Of a stretch of DNA of 64,000 nucleotides, positions 37,586-46,399 are shown one piece after another; position 1 is the stretch's first letter, and each line of letters opens with the position of its first letter. Below the pieces are notes generated by a model that worked only from the letters and a program-made list of their open reading frames with translations, ran no database searches and was not told the DNA's origin. The DNA is taken from the NCBI GenBank assembly GCA_015065135.1, contig SVQY01000007.1, positions 2,216-66,215 on the forward strand. Reading direction: 5' to 3'. The stretch comes from Oscillospiraceae bacterium (GTDB lineage Bacteria > Bacillota > Clostridia > Oscillospirales > CAG-272). The position numbers were made by a program, and so were the translations under genes.

Positions 37586-37787
37586 TGATTTGACACTTTG
37601 TGTCATGAATTGATGCTATTGCATCATGATTTCTCGCTACGCTCCATGAATTGAATTGCGTGTCCAAACTTATGCGCCCGCAGGCGCAATTCATGGCGAA
37701 GCCAATTCATGAGTGCAACGCACTCAATTCACGCGCTCGCGCAATTCATTGTTGAATCTGTCGTTTGAGACAAACGACAGATTCAAC
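37586..37787. repeat. Array of short hairpins separated by TGAWT / ATTCA pentamers, ending in a 17-bp perfect inverted repeat
   Basis: Hairpins at 37591-37605, 37611-37626, 37673-37688, 37694-37704, 37710-37726, 37733-37742 and 37751-37787. Confidence 0.85.
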
Positions 37788-39131
37788 GTGGCCAGTGCGC
37801 GGGAAAAGATCAACGGGCGTTACAACACCGATCTCATAGCCGAGGTCGCGCAGGATGGCGCAATCGCGGGCGAGGGTATCAGGGCCGCAGGAGACGTAGA
37901 CGATGCGAGGCACCTCGCGTGCGGCGAGGAACTCCAGCAGCTGGCGGTCACAGCCCTTGCGGGGCGGATCCAGGATCACCACGTCGGGGTGCAGGGTGCC
38001 GCGCTCCGCCTCCACGGGGGCAAGCAGCCCCTCCGCATTGGCGGCATCACCGCAATAAAAGTGGGCGTTTTCGATACCGTTCAGGGCTTTATTCACATTG
38101 GCGCATTCCACGGCGGCGGGCACGATCTCAATACCGATGACCTCCCCCGCCCGTTGTGCCATCGAAAGTCCGATGGTACCCGCGCCGCAATAAAGATCCA
38201 GCAAAAGTCCCTTTCCGTCAAGGCCTGTCCGCTCGGCGGCAAGCCCGTAAAGCAGCTCCGCCGCATCGTGGTTGACCTGATAAAAGGATGCCGGCGCAAT
38301 GCGGAAGCGCTTGCCGCACAGCACGTCCTCTATGTAGGGCTTGCCGTAGACCGTGCGATAGCGCTCCCCCAGCACCACGTTGGTGCGACGGGTGTTCTCG
38401 TTGATCATCACCGAGGTCACCTGCGGAAATTTTTGCAATAATATATCTGCAAACTCCTGTTCTTTTGGCAAAGACTTGCTGTTAATAACAGGACAGACCA
38501 TCAGCTCGCCCGTTCCCACCCCTTGGCGCAGGTAGAGATGGCGAATCACGCCCTTCCCCGTCTCCTCGTCATAGGGCAAAACACCCAGCTTGGTGTAAAA
38601 ATCGCAGAACGTATCGAGAATTTCGCCAAAAACAGGGGGCAAAAGCGAGCAATCGGAGCAAGGCACGACCCTGTGGGTTTTCTGGGCGTAAAAGCCGCCA
38701 AAAAGGCCGTTTTTACCACCCGTTATGGGGTATTCCGCCTTGTTGCGGTAGCCCTTGATCGCCCCCGTGGTCTGCACCGCCTCCACCGTCACATCGGCAA
38801 GCCCCGCCTTGCGGAACATTTGCACGACCAGCTCACGCTTCAGCGCCAGCTCCTTTTCATAGGTCAGATAGCGATAAACGCAGCCACCGCAGGAGGCGGG
38901 CGCTGCGCAATAGCCGTCGGCACGGTGGGAGGAGGGGGTCACCACCTCCAGCACACGACCCACGGCAAAGGTCTTATTCACCTTAATGATCAGTGCCCTG
39001 ACGGTATCCCCCGCCACGGCGCCTGCCAGAAAGACCGCTCTGCCGTCCGGGGCGTGGGCAACGCCGCACCCCAGATTGTTCAGATCGGTCACCTCCAGCA
39101 AAAGCTCGCTTCCCTTTTGCAGCTCAGGCAT
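37746..39131 (-). CDS. rlmD: 23S rRNA (uracil-1939-C5)-methyltransferase
   Basis: Start moved to MPELQ; TRAM domain, C...CGGC, YRNK, SFYQVN, DLYCGAG, DPPRKG, YVSC, DLFPRTGHVE. Confidence 0.93.
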   Translation of the reverse strand: MPELQKGSELLLEVTDLNNLGCGVAHAPDGRAVFLAGAVAGDTVRALIIKVNKTFAVGRVLEVVTPSSHRADGYCAAPASCGGCVYRYLTYEKELALKRELVVQMFRKAGLADVTVEAVQTTGAIKGYRNKAEYPITGGKNGLFGGFYAQKTHRVVPCSDCSLLPPVFGEILDTFCDFYTKLGVLPYDEETGKGVIRHLYLRQGVGTGELMVCPVINSKSLPKEQEFADILLQKFPQVTSVMINENTRRTNVVLGERYRTVYGKPYIEDVLCGKRFRIAPASFYQVNHDAAELLYGLAAERTGLDGKGLLLDLYCGAGTIGLSMAQRAGEVIGIEIVPAAVECANVNKALNGIENAHFYCGDAANAEGLLAPVEAERGTLHPDVVILDPPRKGCDRQLLEFLAAREVPRIVYVSCGPDTLARDCAILRDLGYEIGVVTPVDLFPRTGHVESVVCLKRQIQQ

Positions 39132-39792
39132 AGAATTCCTCTCCGTTTTCCAGGCAAAGCGCGGCAAGCGAGCCGCCCTGCAGCACACCGCAGTCAATGC
39201 GGATAATGCCCTCCTCATATTCGATCTTGCCGCTATCGGTAGGCGTATGACCTACTACCAGCGTACGATCCGGGAAGAAGGCAGAACCTGCCGGCGCGGG
39301 GGTGAAAAAGTCCTCCGGCTCATAATCGTCAAGGGCGGTATCGGGGTCAAAATCGGCAATGCCCGTATGCACCAGCACAAAGGACTTGCCCTTGGTCTCT
39401 ACCTCCTCGAACAACACGAATTCGGAAAGATAATCCAACACGCCCTCGCGCATATCGTCATCCAAGGCGCGGAAGCCATCCAAGGTGGGCTTGCCGCCAT
39501 CATTTGCCCAAGCGGTCATTTCGGCGGCGAACTCAGGGTCGGGCATCGAGCCCTCCTTCAGCATCTTATCAAAGCCGGCAAGCATCCGCAGTGCCAGCAG
39601 CTCGCGCTCTCCCGCCACAGGATACACGTTGGCACGCATGCTCATGTCGGTCAGCACCTCCATGCTCTGCTCACCGTAGTCTACCACGTCGCCAAGGACG
39701 TAAAGCACGTCGCTCTCCTTTAAATTGATCTTCTGAAGCAGGCTGTTGTAGCGCTCCCAATCTCCATAAATACCGGCAGTTACGTAGGTCAT
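39124..39792 (-). CDS. Calcineurin-like metallophosphoesterase (PPP-like) with degenerate metal ligands
   Basis: LGDVVD.G, VH.G, GHTP and IDCG present; DIHG reads GIYG and GNHE reads GERE. Confidence 0.75.
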   Translation of the reverse strand: MTYVTAGIYGDWERYNSLLQKINLKESDVLYVLGDVVDYGEQSMEVLTDMSMRANVYPVAGERELLALRMLAGFDKMLKEGSMPDPEFAAEMTAWANDGGKPTLDGFRALDDDMREGVLDYLSEFVLFEEVETKGKSFVLVHTGIADFDPDTALDDYEPEDFFTPAPAGSAFFPDRTLVVGHTPTDSGKIEYEEGIIRIDCGVLQGGSLAALCLENGEEFYA

Positions 39793-39807
39793 TTTTTTTA
39801 CACTCCT

Positions 39808-40578
39808 TCATCTTGTCACCATCTGAATGGTGGGTTTGGTATCGATTTCAACAACGATCGCAGGGTCGGCCTTTTTCACAAGCTCTGCCAGCTTATGGCA
39901 GACCGCGACCTCGGTGGCAAAGTGACCGGCCTCGATGAGGGCAATCCCCTCCTCGGCGCCGTCCAGCATACGGTGATAGCCGATGCGCCCGGCAAGGAAC
40001 AGATCGGCACCTGCGGCAACGGCTGCATCCACAAAATCACCGCCCTCGCCGCCAAGCACGGCAACCCTTTTTATTTTACCCGTTCCCGACAGCAAAACTG
40101 CGGGAATGTTCAGCTTTTCGCATACCGTTGTGGCATATTTGCTGACATCTACGGCTTCAGGAAGGCTGCCGATACGGCCGAATTCCTCCCCCTCGGGGCC
40201 AAAGGACGTCACCTCGGAGAGCCCCAGTTTTGCCGCCAAAATATCGTTCACACCGCCCTCGGCGGCATCCAATCTGGTGTGAAAGCTCATCGCCGCGACC
40301 TCCCCCTTTATCAGCGCCAGCAGCTTGCGAGGCACCGTGTGAACGGGGGTCAGCTCCTTCACACCGCGGAAAAGAAGCGGATGGTGGGTCAGCAGCAGGT
40401 CAAAATGCTCCTCTACCGCTCTTTTGACGGTGCGCTCGGTGGCATCCAGGGCCACCAGCACGCGGCACACCGGGCGGTCAAGCGAGGCGGCGCAGGCAAT
40501 GCCGTCGTTATCCCAGGAGGCGGAAAGCGCGCGAGGCGCAAATGCGGATATATATTGATACAATTCGGATACTGTCAT
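39808..40578 (-). CDS. Nif3-like dinuclear metal center hexameric protein
   Basis: Start moved to MTVSE; WDN.G, ALD, THHPLLF, HT.LD...GGVND, AGHFATE. Confidence 0.88.
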   Translation of the reverse strand: MTVSELYQYISAFAPRALSASWDNDGIACAASLDRPVCRVLVALDATERTVKRAVEEHFDLLLTHHPLLFRGVKELTPVHTVPRKLLALIKGEVAAMSFHTRLDAAEGGVNDILAAKLGLSEVTSFGPEGEEFGRIGSLPEAVDVSKYATTVCEKLNIPAVLLSGTGKIKRVAVLGGEGGDFVDAAVAAGADLFLAGRIGYHRMLDGAEEGIALIEAGHFATEVAVCHKLAELVKKADPAIVVEIDTKPTIQMVTR

Positions 40579-40643
40579 CGTCTTCTCCTTTTTGAGCAAA
40601 TGCAAGAAAGGTCGGACACGTTTTCACGAGCCCGACCGGTTTC

Positions 40644-40844
40644 TTATTGTGCAGACAAGAACTCGTTCAATTTGCGAACCAACTCGTCGGCATTGGTACC
40701 GTGAACGGCACAAGCATCGGCGATCGACTCACCGCGAGAAGCGGGGCAGCCGAGGCAATGCATGCCGATCTCGAAGAAAAATTTTGCGGTGCCGGCATTA
40801 TAATCCAGCACGTCGCCGATAATACTTTCCTTGGTAACCTGCAT
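40644..40844 (-). CDS. DUF1858 redox-disulfide domain protein
   Basis: GMHCLGCPAS.GESI..AC.VHG. Confidence 0.85.
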   Translation of the reverse strand: MQVTKESIIGDVLDYNAGTAKFFFEIGMHCLGCPASRGESIADACAVHGTNADELVRKLNEFLSAQ

Positions 40845-40876
40845 GAGTAAAATCCTCCTTTGCGTGGGATACTTTT

Positions 40877-40905
40877 ATTATACCTTTTTCTCAGACTTTT
40901 GTCAA
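40877..40905 (-). promoter_or_regulatory. Sigma-A-type promoter upstream of DUF1858
   Basis: TTGACA-17 bp-TATAAT on the minus strand. Confidence 0.7.
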
Positions 40906-40953
40906 CAAGCCCTTTACTCTTTTCTGAATTTCTGCTATACTAAATATAGGCAG

Positions 40954-41262
40954 TCAAAGACCGAGCTCCTCCAGCAATGCCGTCTTGGGACGATAACCGA
41001 GCGCGGTAGCGGCGATTTCGCCGTTTTTGACCAGTGCCACAAAGGGAATGGAAACTATGCCGAATTTTCTGGCAAGACCCGGTTCCTCATCAACATTGAC
41101 CTTGCCCACCACGATCTCAGGGTGCTCCTCTGCGATCTCCTCAATTGCGGGCGCGATCATACGGCAAGGGCCGCACCAATCGGCATAAAAATCAAGCAGG
41201 ACCGGCTTGCTGCCACGGATCAGCTCCTCAAATCTTGCGGCGGTAACGTGTTCAACAGACAT
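40954..41262 (-). CDS. trxA: Thioredoxin
   Basis: Start moved to MSVEHV (RBS AAAGGAG); DFYADWCGPC, KVNVD, SIP. Confidence 0.93.
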   Translation of the reverse strand: MSVEHVTAARFEELIRGSKPVLLDFYADWCGPCRMIAPAIEEIAEEHPEIVVGKVNVDEEPGLARKFGIVSIPFVALVKNGEIAATALGYRPKTALLEELGL

Positions 41263-41346
41263 CTCTGTTCTCCTTTCATATGTTTTTTCTTTGCCTTTAT
41301 TATATCCCATACGCATAACAAAATCAAGACGGAGTGTGAAAAAGAA

Positions 41347-41544
41347 ATGAAAATTAAGGAAAATCCGGATAAGGAAGTTGTGGCGACCATCCGCCAGGGC
41401 CTGTTGATGACAGGTGGCTATTGCCCCTGCCGTCTGGAGCGCACACCCGAGACCAAGTGCATGTGCGCAGAGTTCAAGGCACAGATCGCAGACCCCAGCT
41501 TTGAGGGCTTCTGCCATTGCTATCTCTATTACAAGGAAAAATAA
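41347..41544 (+). CDS. Ferredoxin-thioredoxin reductase catalytic (beta) chain-like protein, 65 aa
   Basis: C-terminal part of track ORF 40831-41544; GYCPC, CMC and CHC.LY motifs. Confidence 0.82.
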   Translation: MKIKENPDKEVVATIRQGLLMTGGYCPCRLERTPETKCMCAEFKAQIADPSFEGFCHCYLYYKEK

Positions 41545-41549
41545 AGCAA

Positions 41550-42449
41550 ATGATTCAAGAGACTCTTACCCCCACCCTTTCCTTTCACGCTGTGACCGTT
41601 GCTGATCGGGATCGCTACCTTGCCGCCGCTGCGGCAGAGGGCTCGCCCAGCGCCGACCATGCCTTTGCGAACCTTTATTTGTGGAACGAGACCTATCATC
41701 AGGAGATCGCCTTTTGGGGCGAGCGCGCTATAGTGCGCTTTCACGTGAAGAAGGGCTACCAATATCTCTATCCCATCGGTGGCGGTGCGCTGAGACCCAC
41801 GATAGAGGTGCTGCTCTCTGCAGAGCCGCAGCTTTGTCTGACCGCCGTTACAGAAACCGAGCTGGAAGCTGTTTTGCACGAATTTCCCGACACGTTCTCG
41901 TTTTTTGAGGAAAGAGATATCGCAGACTACCTTTATGATGCCACCTCGCTTTCCACCCTTTCCGGCAAAAAGCTGCACGGCAAGCGCAACCACATCAACG
42001 CCTTTACCGCCGCAAACGAGTGGTCGGTAAAGCCCCTTGAGGCCGCAGACTTCGACGGCTGCCGTGCTATTTTGGATATATGGGGAAAGGACCGCCTTGA
42101 CGATGGCACGCAGCACGAGCGTGTTGCCATTGAGCGTGCCTTTGCGGCATACGAGGCCTTGGCGCTTCACGGCGCATTGCTGATCGCCAACGGTGATCCC
42201 GTTGCCTTCACCGTAGGCAGCATGCTATCGGACGACACCCTCTGCGTGCATTTTGAGAAGGCGCTCCCCCATGTGCAGGGCGCTTACCCTATGATCAATC
42301 GGGAATTCGTGCGGATGATGCTGGCACGCTTCCCTGCGCTTGCTACCGTCAATCGCGAGGACGATATGGGGTTGGAGACCCTGCGTGCCGCCAAGCTATC
42401 CTACCGTCCCTCCATGCTGCTGCGCAAGTTCACGCTGATCCGAAAATGA
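41550..42449 (+). CDS. DUF2156 / phosphatidylglycerol lysyltransferase-domain protein
   Basis: FANLYLW, DYLY, L.GKK.H.KRNHIN.F, HFEKA, NREDDMG...LR.AKLSY.P. Confidence 0.85.
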   Translation: MIQETLTPTLSFHAVTVADRDRYLAAAAAEGSPSADHAFANLYLWNETYHQEIAFWGERAIVRFHVKKGYQYLYPIGGGALRPTIEVLLSAEPQLCLTAVTETELEAVLHEFPDTFSFFEERDIADYLYDATSLSTLSGKKLHGKRNHINAFTAANEWSVKPLEAADFDGCRAILDIWGKDRLDDGTQHERVAIERAFAAYEALALHGALLIANGDPVAFTVGSMLSDDTLCVHFEKALPHVQGAYPMINREFVRMMLARFPALATVNREDDMGLETLRAAKLSYRPSMLLRKFTLIRK

Positions 42450-42515
42450 GGGGGCTTGTATTTTTGATGCAGTTGTGATAAAATATTTATACCACCCTTA
42501 TGAAGGAGGTGCTTT

Positions 42516-43067
42516 ATGAATATTACACTTTATGGTGCTGCAAGCGACCGCATTGATCGCGCCTACGTAGAGGGCGTGGAGGAGCTGGGACGCGCCATCG
42601 CCAAGCGCGGCCACACCATGGTATTCGGTGCAGGTTCTACAGGCCTGATGGGCGCTGCCGCCAGAGGCGTTGCCGCAGGTCACGGGCAGATCATCGGCGT
42701 GACACCGCATTTTATGCACACGCTGGAGCCTGTCAGCAATCTTTGTACCGAGCTGATCGCCACCGAAACGATGGCCGAACGCAAGACCATTATGGAGGAA
42801 AAGGCAGATGCCTTTGTGATCGTGCCCGGCGGCATTGGCACCTTTGACGAGTTCTTTCAGATCCTGACGCTGAAGGTGCTGGGGCGCCACAATAAGCCAA
42901 TTATTCTCTACAATATCAAGGGCTTTTGGGATAATATGATCTCGGTGATCGGCACCGATCTGATCAAAGGCTTCATTGACCCCAAGGCCGCCAGCTGCTT
43001 TGCTATTTGTGAGACCCCCGAGTCTGTATTCCACGAGATCGAAGCCCCGGACCCCGATAACGACTAA
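42516..43067 (+). CDS. LOG family nucleotide phosphoribohydrolase (TIGR00730)
   Basis: GLMGA, MAERK, PGGIGTFDE, KPI. Confidence 0.88.
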   Translation: MNITLYGAASDRIDRAYVEGVEELGRAIAKRGHTMVFGAGSTGLMGAAARGVAAGHGQIIGVTPHFMHTLEPVSNLCTELIATETMAERKTIMEEKADAFVIVPGGIGTFDEFFQILTLKVLGRHNKPIILYNIKGFWDNMISVIGTDLIKGFIDPKAASCFAICETPESVFHEIEAPDPDND

Positions 43068-43128
43068 CCAAAAACGAAAAAGACCGATCAGCACCGCGCC
43101 TCTCGGTCTTTTTTCAAAGGGAGGATTT

Positions 43129-44946
43129 ATGTTAAAACGCTCTTTATCACTGCTGCTTGCCTTGTTGATGCTCTTCCCTCTCCTTGCCGCCTGCGGCAAC
43201 AGGGAGAAAGCCATCGACATTCTGGAGGACGGCTACAGCGACTACGTGATCGTTTGCCCCTCGGGCAAGGATGACGACAGCAAGGCAGAAAACAAAACTG
43301 CGCTGGCACTATTTGAAGCGATCAAGAAGGATCTCGGCGTTTCGCTGAAATGTGTGAATGACAGCGCCGGAGGCGAGGAGCAGCCGGAGACGGCCGCTGA
43401 AATACTGGTGGGTGCCACCAATCGCCGCGAATCGCAAAAATATCTGGAAGGGCTGCGCCTGAAGGATTACGTGATTACATACGAAAACGATCGCGTGGTG
43501 ATCCTGGGCGGCTCGCCGGAGGCCACTGCAGAAGCAGTAGAATATTTTATTGAAAAATACGTCAATAAGACCGAAAAAAAGATAACGGTATACAAAAACC
43601 GTAACGATACCGTGCTGTATCCTTACGCAGTCGGCAAGCTTTCGGTCAACGGTGTGCCCCTTAGCGACTACACCATTGTTTATCCCGAGGATGCGGATAA
43701 GGCCACCGACGCCGAGCTTTGCGCTTACTATACCGCATTGGCGCTGGCCGATTATCTGGAGCTGAATGCAGGCATCCGTCTCTCAGTGGTGGATGACGAT
43801 ACGACCGAGGCCGATTACGAGATCCTGGTTGGCGAGACCGAGCGAGCTGCTTCTCAGGAGGCATCTAAAAAAGCACTGCAAAAGGATCAATACATACTGA
43901 TGAGCAAGGGCACGAAGCTGATCATGCTGGGCAACTCTTATATGGTAGGCGGTGCCGCCAGCGCATTGGTCAATCTGCATTTTGCTTCCCAGGGTGTGAA
44001 CGTGGATATCAACACCACCGACATCCCCACCACTCCCACGCCAAAAACCTTTACCTTTGAAAAGGCCACCTCCGCCATTCTGATGATCGGAGACGGTATG
44101 GGTGACAATCACATCAACGCCACCCTGGACAGCGGCAAGCTCGAAAGCTTTATCGCCCGTGATCTTCCCCACCAATCCTTCTGCACCACGGCCTCTCAAT
44201 CGGTGATCGATGGCAAAAAGGGCTACACAGACAGCGCCGCTGCCGCCACCGCTCTTGCTACCGGCTACAAGACCTTGAACGGTTATCTCGGTATGGATGA
44301 AAACAAGGTCGTGCGTGAAAACGTGCGCGAGCTTGCCCATGATGCAGGCGCCAACACGGGCGTGCTGACCACCGATGCCATCACCGGCGCGACCCCCTCC
44401 GGGTTCCTCTGCCACCACAAGGATCGCAATGCCACCTCCACGCTGCAAAAGCAGATCAATGCACTTATAGAAGAAGAAAAGATCGACTATTGCAAGGGCA
44501 GCGTCTCCAATCTGGCTACGCCTGCGAGAACAGCGCTGAATTCTCTCTCCGCCGACGGTGCCGACTTCTTTATGATGATCGAGGAGGCACACATCGACAA
44601 GCGATCGCACGAGGGCGATACCTCTATGAGCCGCATGCAGGACTGCGTGGTGCGCTACAATCAGTGCATTGCTTACGTGGTCGCCTTTGTGATGCTACAC
44701 CCCAATACGGCGCTGATCATCACCGCAGATCACGAGACCGGCGGTCTGACCAAGCAGCCCGACGGCAGCTACGTATTTGAAAACGAGACCTCTACCGATT
44801 ATTGGCAGCACACCAATAACAACGCCCCCATCTTTGCCCTTGGCGAGGGTGTGGAGGCGCTGGTAAGATCCGACACCATCACCGATAATACCCTTGTTGC
44901 AAAGCATATCGCCGGCATCTTCGGCGATACGAATTTCGGCGAATAA
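43129..44946 (+). CDS. Lipoprotein alkaline phosphatase with duplicated N-terminal domain
   Basis: Start moved to MLKRS; lipobox LAAC; two EILVG.T.R repeats; IGDGMG, TDSAAAATALATG, ATP, E..HIDK.SH, TADHETG. Confidence 0.85.
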   Translation: MLKRSLSLLLALLMLFPLLAACGNREKAIDILEDGYSDYVIVCPSGKDDDSKAENKTALALFEAIKKDLGVSLKCVNDSAGGEEQPETAAEILVGATNRRESQKYLEGLRLKDYVITYENDRVVILGGSPEATAEAVEYFIEKYVNKTEKKITVYKNRNDTVLYPYAVGKLSVNGVPLSDYTIVYPEDADKATDAELCAYYTALALADYLELNAGIRLSVVDDDTTEADYEILVGETERAASQEASKKALQKDQYILMSKGTKLIMLGNSYMVGGAASALVNLHFASQGVNVDINTTDIPTTPTPKTFTFEKATSAILMIGDGMGDNHINATLDSGKLESFIARDLPHQSFCTTASQSVIDGKKGYTDSAAAATALATGYKTLNGYLGMDENKVVRENVRELAHDAGANTGVLTTDAITGATPSGFLCHHKDRNATSTLQKQINALIEEEKIDYCKGSVSNLATPARTALNSLSADGADFFMMIEEAHIDKRSHEGDTSMSRMQDCVVRYNQCIAYVVAFVMLHPNTALIITADHETGGLTKQPDGSYVFENETSTDYWQHTNNNAPIFALGEGVEALVRSDTITDNTLVAKHIAGIFGDTNFGE

Positions 44947-44953
44947 AACAAAC

Positions 44954-45176
44954 AAAAAAGGATACCGTTTGACGCAAAAAAGCAAAACGGTATCCTTTTT
45001 TGATGCTTTTGAGCGGACCAAATACCGCGACAAAAAAGCCACCGCCAAGGCGGTGGCTTTTTCAGCCTGCATAAAATCGAATGCAGATGCTTTGAACGAA
45101 AGGCGAAGGTGTAGTGACCTACTCCGAGCCTTTCGTTCGAAGCAAAAAAGCACACGGGAGCTTCCCGTGTGCTTTT
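44954..45176. repeat. Cluster of five inverted repeats including terminators between convergent genes
   Basis: Stems at 44954-45001, 45033-45062, 45067-45086, 45094-45138 and 45146-45176. Confidence 0.75.
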
Positions 45177-45211
45177 GTTCTGCGCCGATTTTATCGGGCT
45201 GACGCCGAATT

Positions 45212-46225
45212 TTAGATCTCGGCGAAATACTTGATGGTGCGAACCATCTGAGAGGTGTAGCTGTTCTCGTTGTCGTACCAAGAAACAACCTGTACCTGGT
45301 AGGTGTCGTCGTCGATCTTAGCAACCATGGTCTGGGTAGCATCGAACAGAGAGCCGTAACGGATACCGATGATATCGGAGGAAACGATCTCCTCGGTGTT
45401 GTAGCCAAAGGACTCGGTAGCAGCAGCCTTCATAGCAGCGTTGATACCGTCAACGGTGATGTCCTTGCCCTTCACAACAGCAACCAGAATGGTGGTGGAG
45501 CCGGTGCAGGTGGGAACGCGCTGAGCGGAACCGATCAGCTTGCCGTTCAGCTCGGGGATAACCAGGCCGATAGCCTTAGCAGCGCCGGTGGAGTTGGGAA
45601 CGATGTTCTGAGCGCCGGCACGTGCACGACGGAGGTCACCCTTTCTGTGGGGGCCGTCCAGGATCATCTGGTCACCGGTGTAAGCATGCACGGTGGTCAT
45701 GATGCCGCTCTGGATGGGAGCGTAATCATTCAGAGCCTTAGCCATAGGAGCCAGGCAGTTGGTGGTGCAGGATGCAGCGGAGATGATAGCGTCATCAGCG
45801 GTCAGGGTGTTGTGGTTAACGTTGTAAACGATGGTCTTGAGGTCCTTGCCTGCGGGAGCAGAGATAACGACCTTCTTAGCGCCGGCATTGATGTGTGCCT
45901 GGCTCTTCTCCTTGGAGCAGTAGAAGCCGGTGCACTCCAGAACTACGTCAACGCCCAGCTCGCCCCAAGGGCAGTTGTTAGCGTCCTTCTCGGCGTAGAT
46001 CTTCAGGGTCTTGCCGTCAACAGTGATGGTGCCTGCCTCGTCGTCAGCGACAACGTCGTGCTCGTAGCGACCCTGAGCGGTGTCGTACTTGAGCAGGTGA
46101 GCAAGCATCTTGGGGCTGGTCAGGTCGTTGATAGCGACAACCTCATAGCCCTCAGCGCCAAACATCTGGCGGAATGCGAGACGGCCGATACGGCCAAAGC
46201 CATTGATAGCAACTTTAACAGACAT
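45212..46225 (-). CDS. gap: Glyceraldehyde-3-phosphate dehydrogenase, type I
   Basis: Start moved to [15 protein letters not shown]; [10 protein letters not shown]; SWYDNE. Confidence 0.97.
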   Translation of the reverse strand: MSVKVAINGFGRIGRLAFRQMFGAEGYEVVAINDLTSPKMLAHLLKYDTAQGRYEHDVVADDEAGTITVDGKTLKIYAEKDANNCPWGELGVDVVLECTGFYCSKEKSQAHINAGAKKVVISAPAGKDLKTIVYNVNHNTLTADDAIISAASCTTNCLAPMAKALNDYAPIQSGIMTTVHAYTGDQMILDGPHRKGDLRRARAGAQNIVPNSTGAAKAIGLVIPELNGKLIGSAQRVPTCTGSTTILVAVVKGKDITVDGINAAMKAAATESFGYNTEEIVSSDIIGIRYGSLFDATQTMVAKIDDDTYQVQVVSWYDNENSYTSQMVRTIKYFAEI

Positions 46226-46399
46226 GTTAAAATCCTCCGTTTTTTTGTTTTTTATAGTTTGCTTTTTTGGTTTACCTAAATTATTATACAGCATTTTGCC
46301 CCGCTTGGCAATAGGTTTGACAAAAATTTCTCACTTTTCGTCATTCCATCAACCACACGGGGCATTTTAGATAGCTTTTTGCGTTATTTTGTTCAAAAA

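Larger units (their letters stand above)
35953..37790. mobile_element. Low-GC islet accreted at the 3' end of rlmD (no recombinase in window)
   Basis: Abrupt AT-rich composition; copies of the rlmD terminus at 37767-37790, 36534-36557 and 35971-35994. Confidence 0.7.

Noticed and set aside
37586-37750. CRISPR array
   Set aside because: The constant part is only 5-6 nt, the variable parts are 10-17-nt self-complementary hairpins, and no cas genes are present.
28291-37790. A complete diversity-generating retroelement (Mtd-like target plus Avd-like four-helix bundle plus hairpins)
   Set aside because: No reverse transcriptase and no template repeat were seen. The four-helix protein has the TIGR02436 signature rather than Avd, and it lies 8 kb away in a separate low-GC islet.
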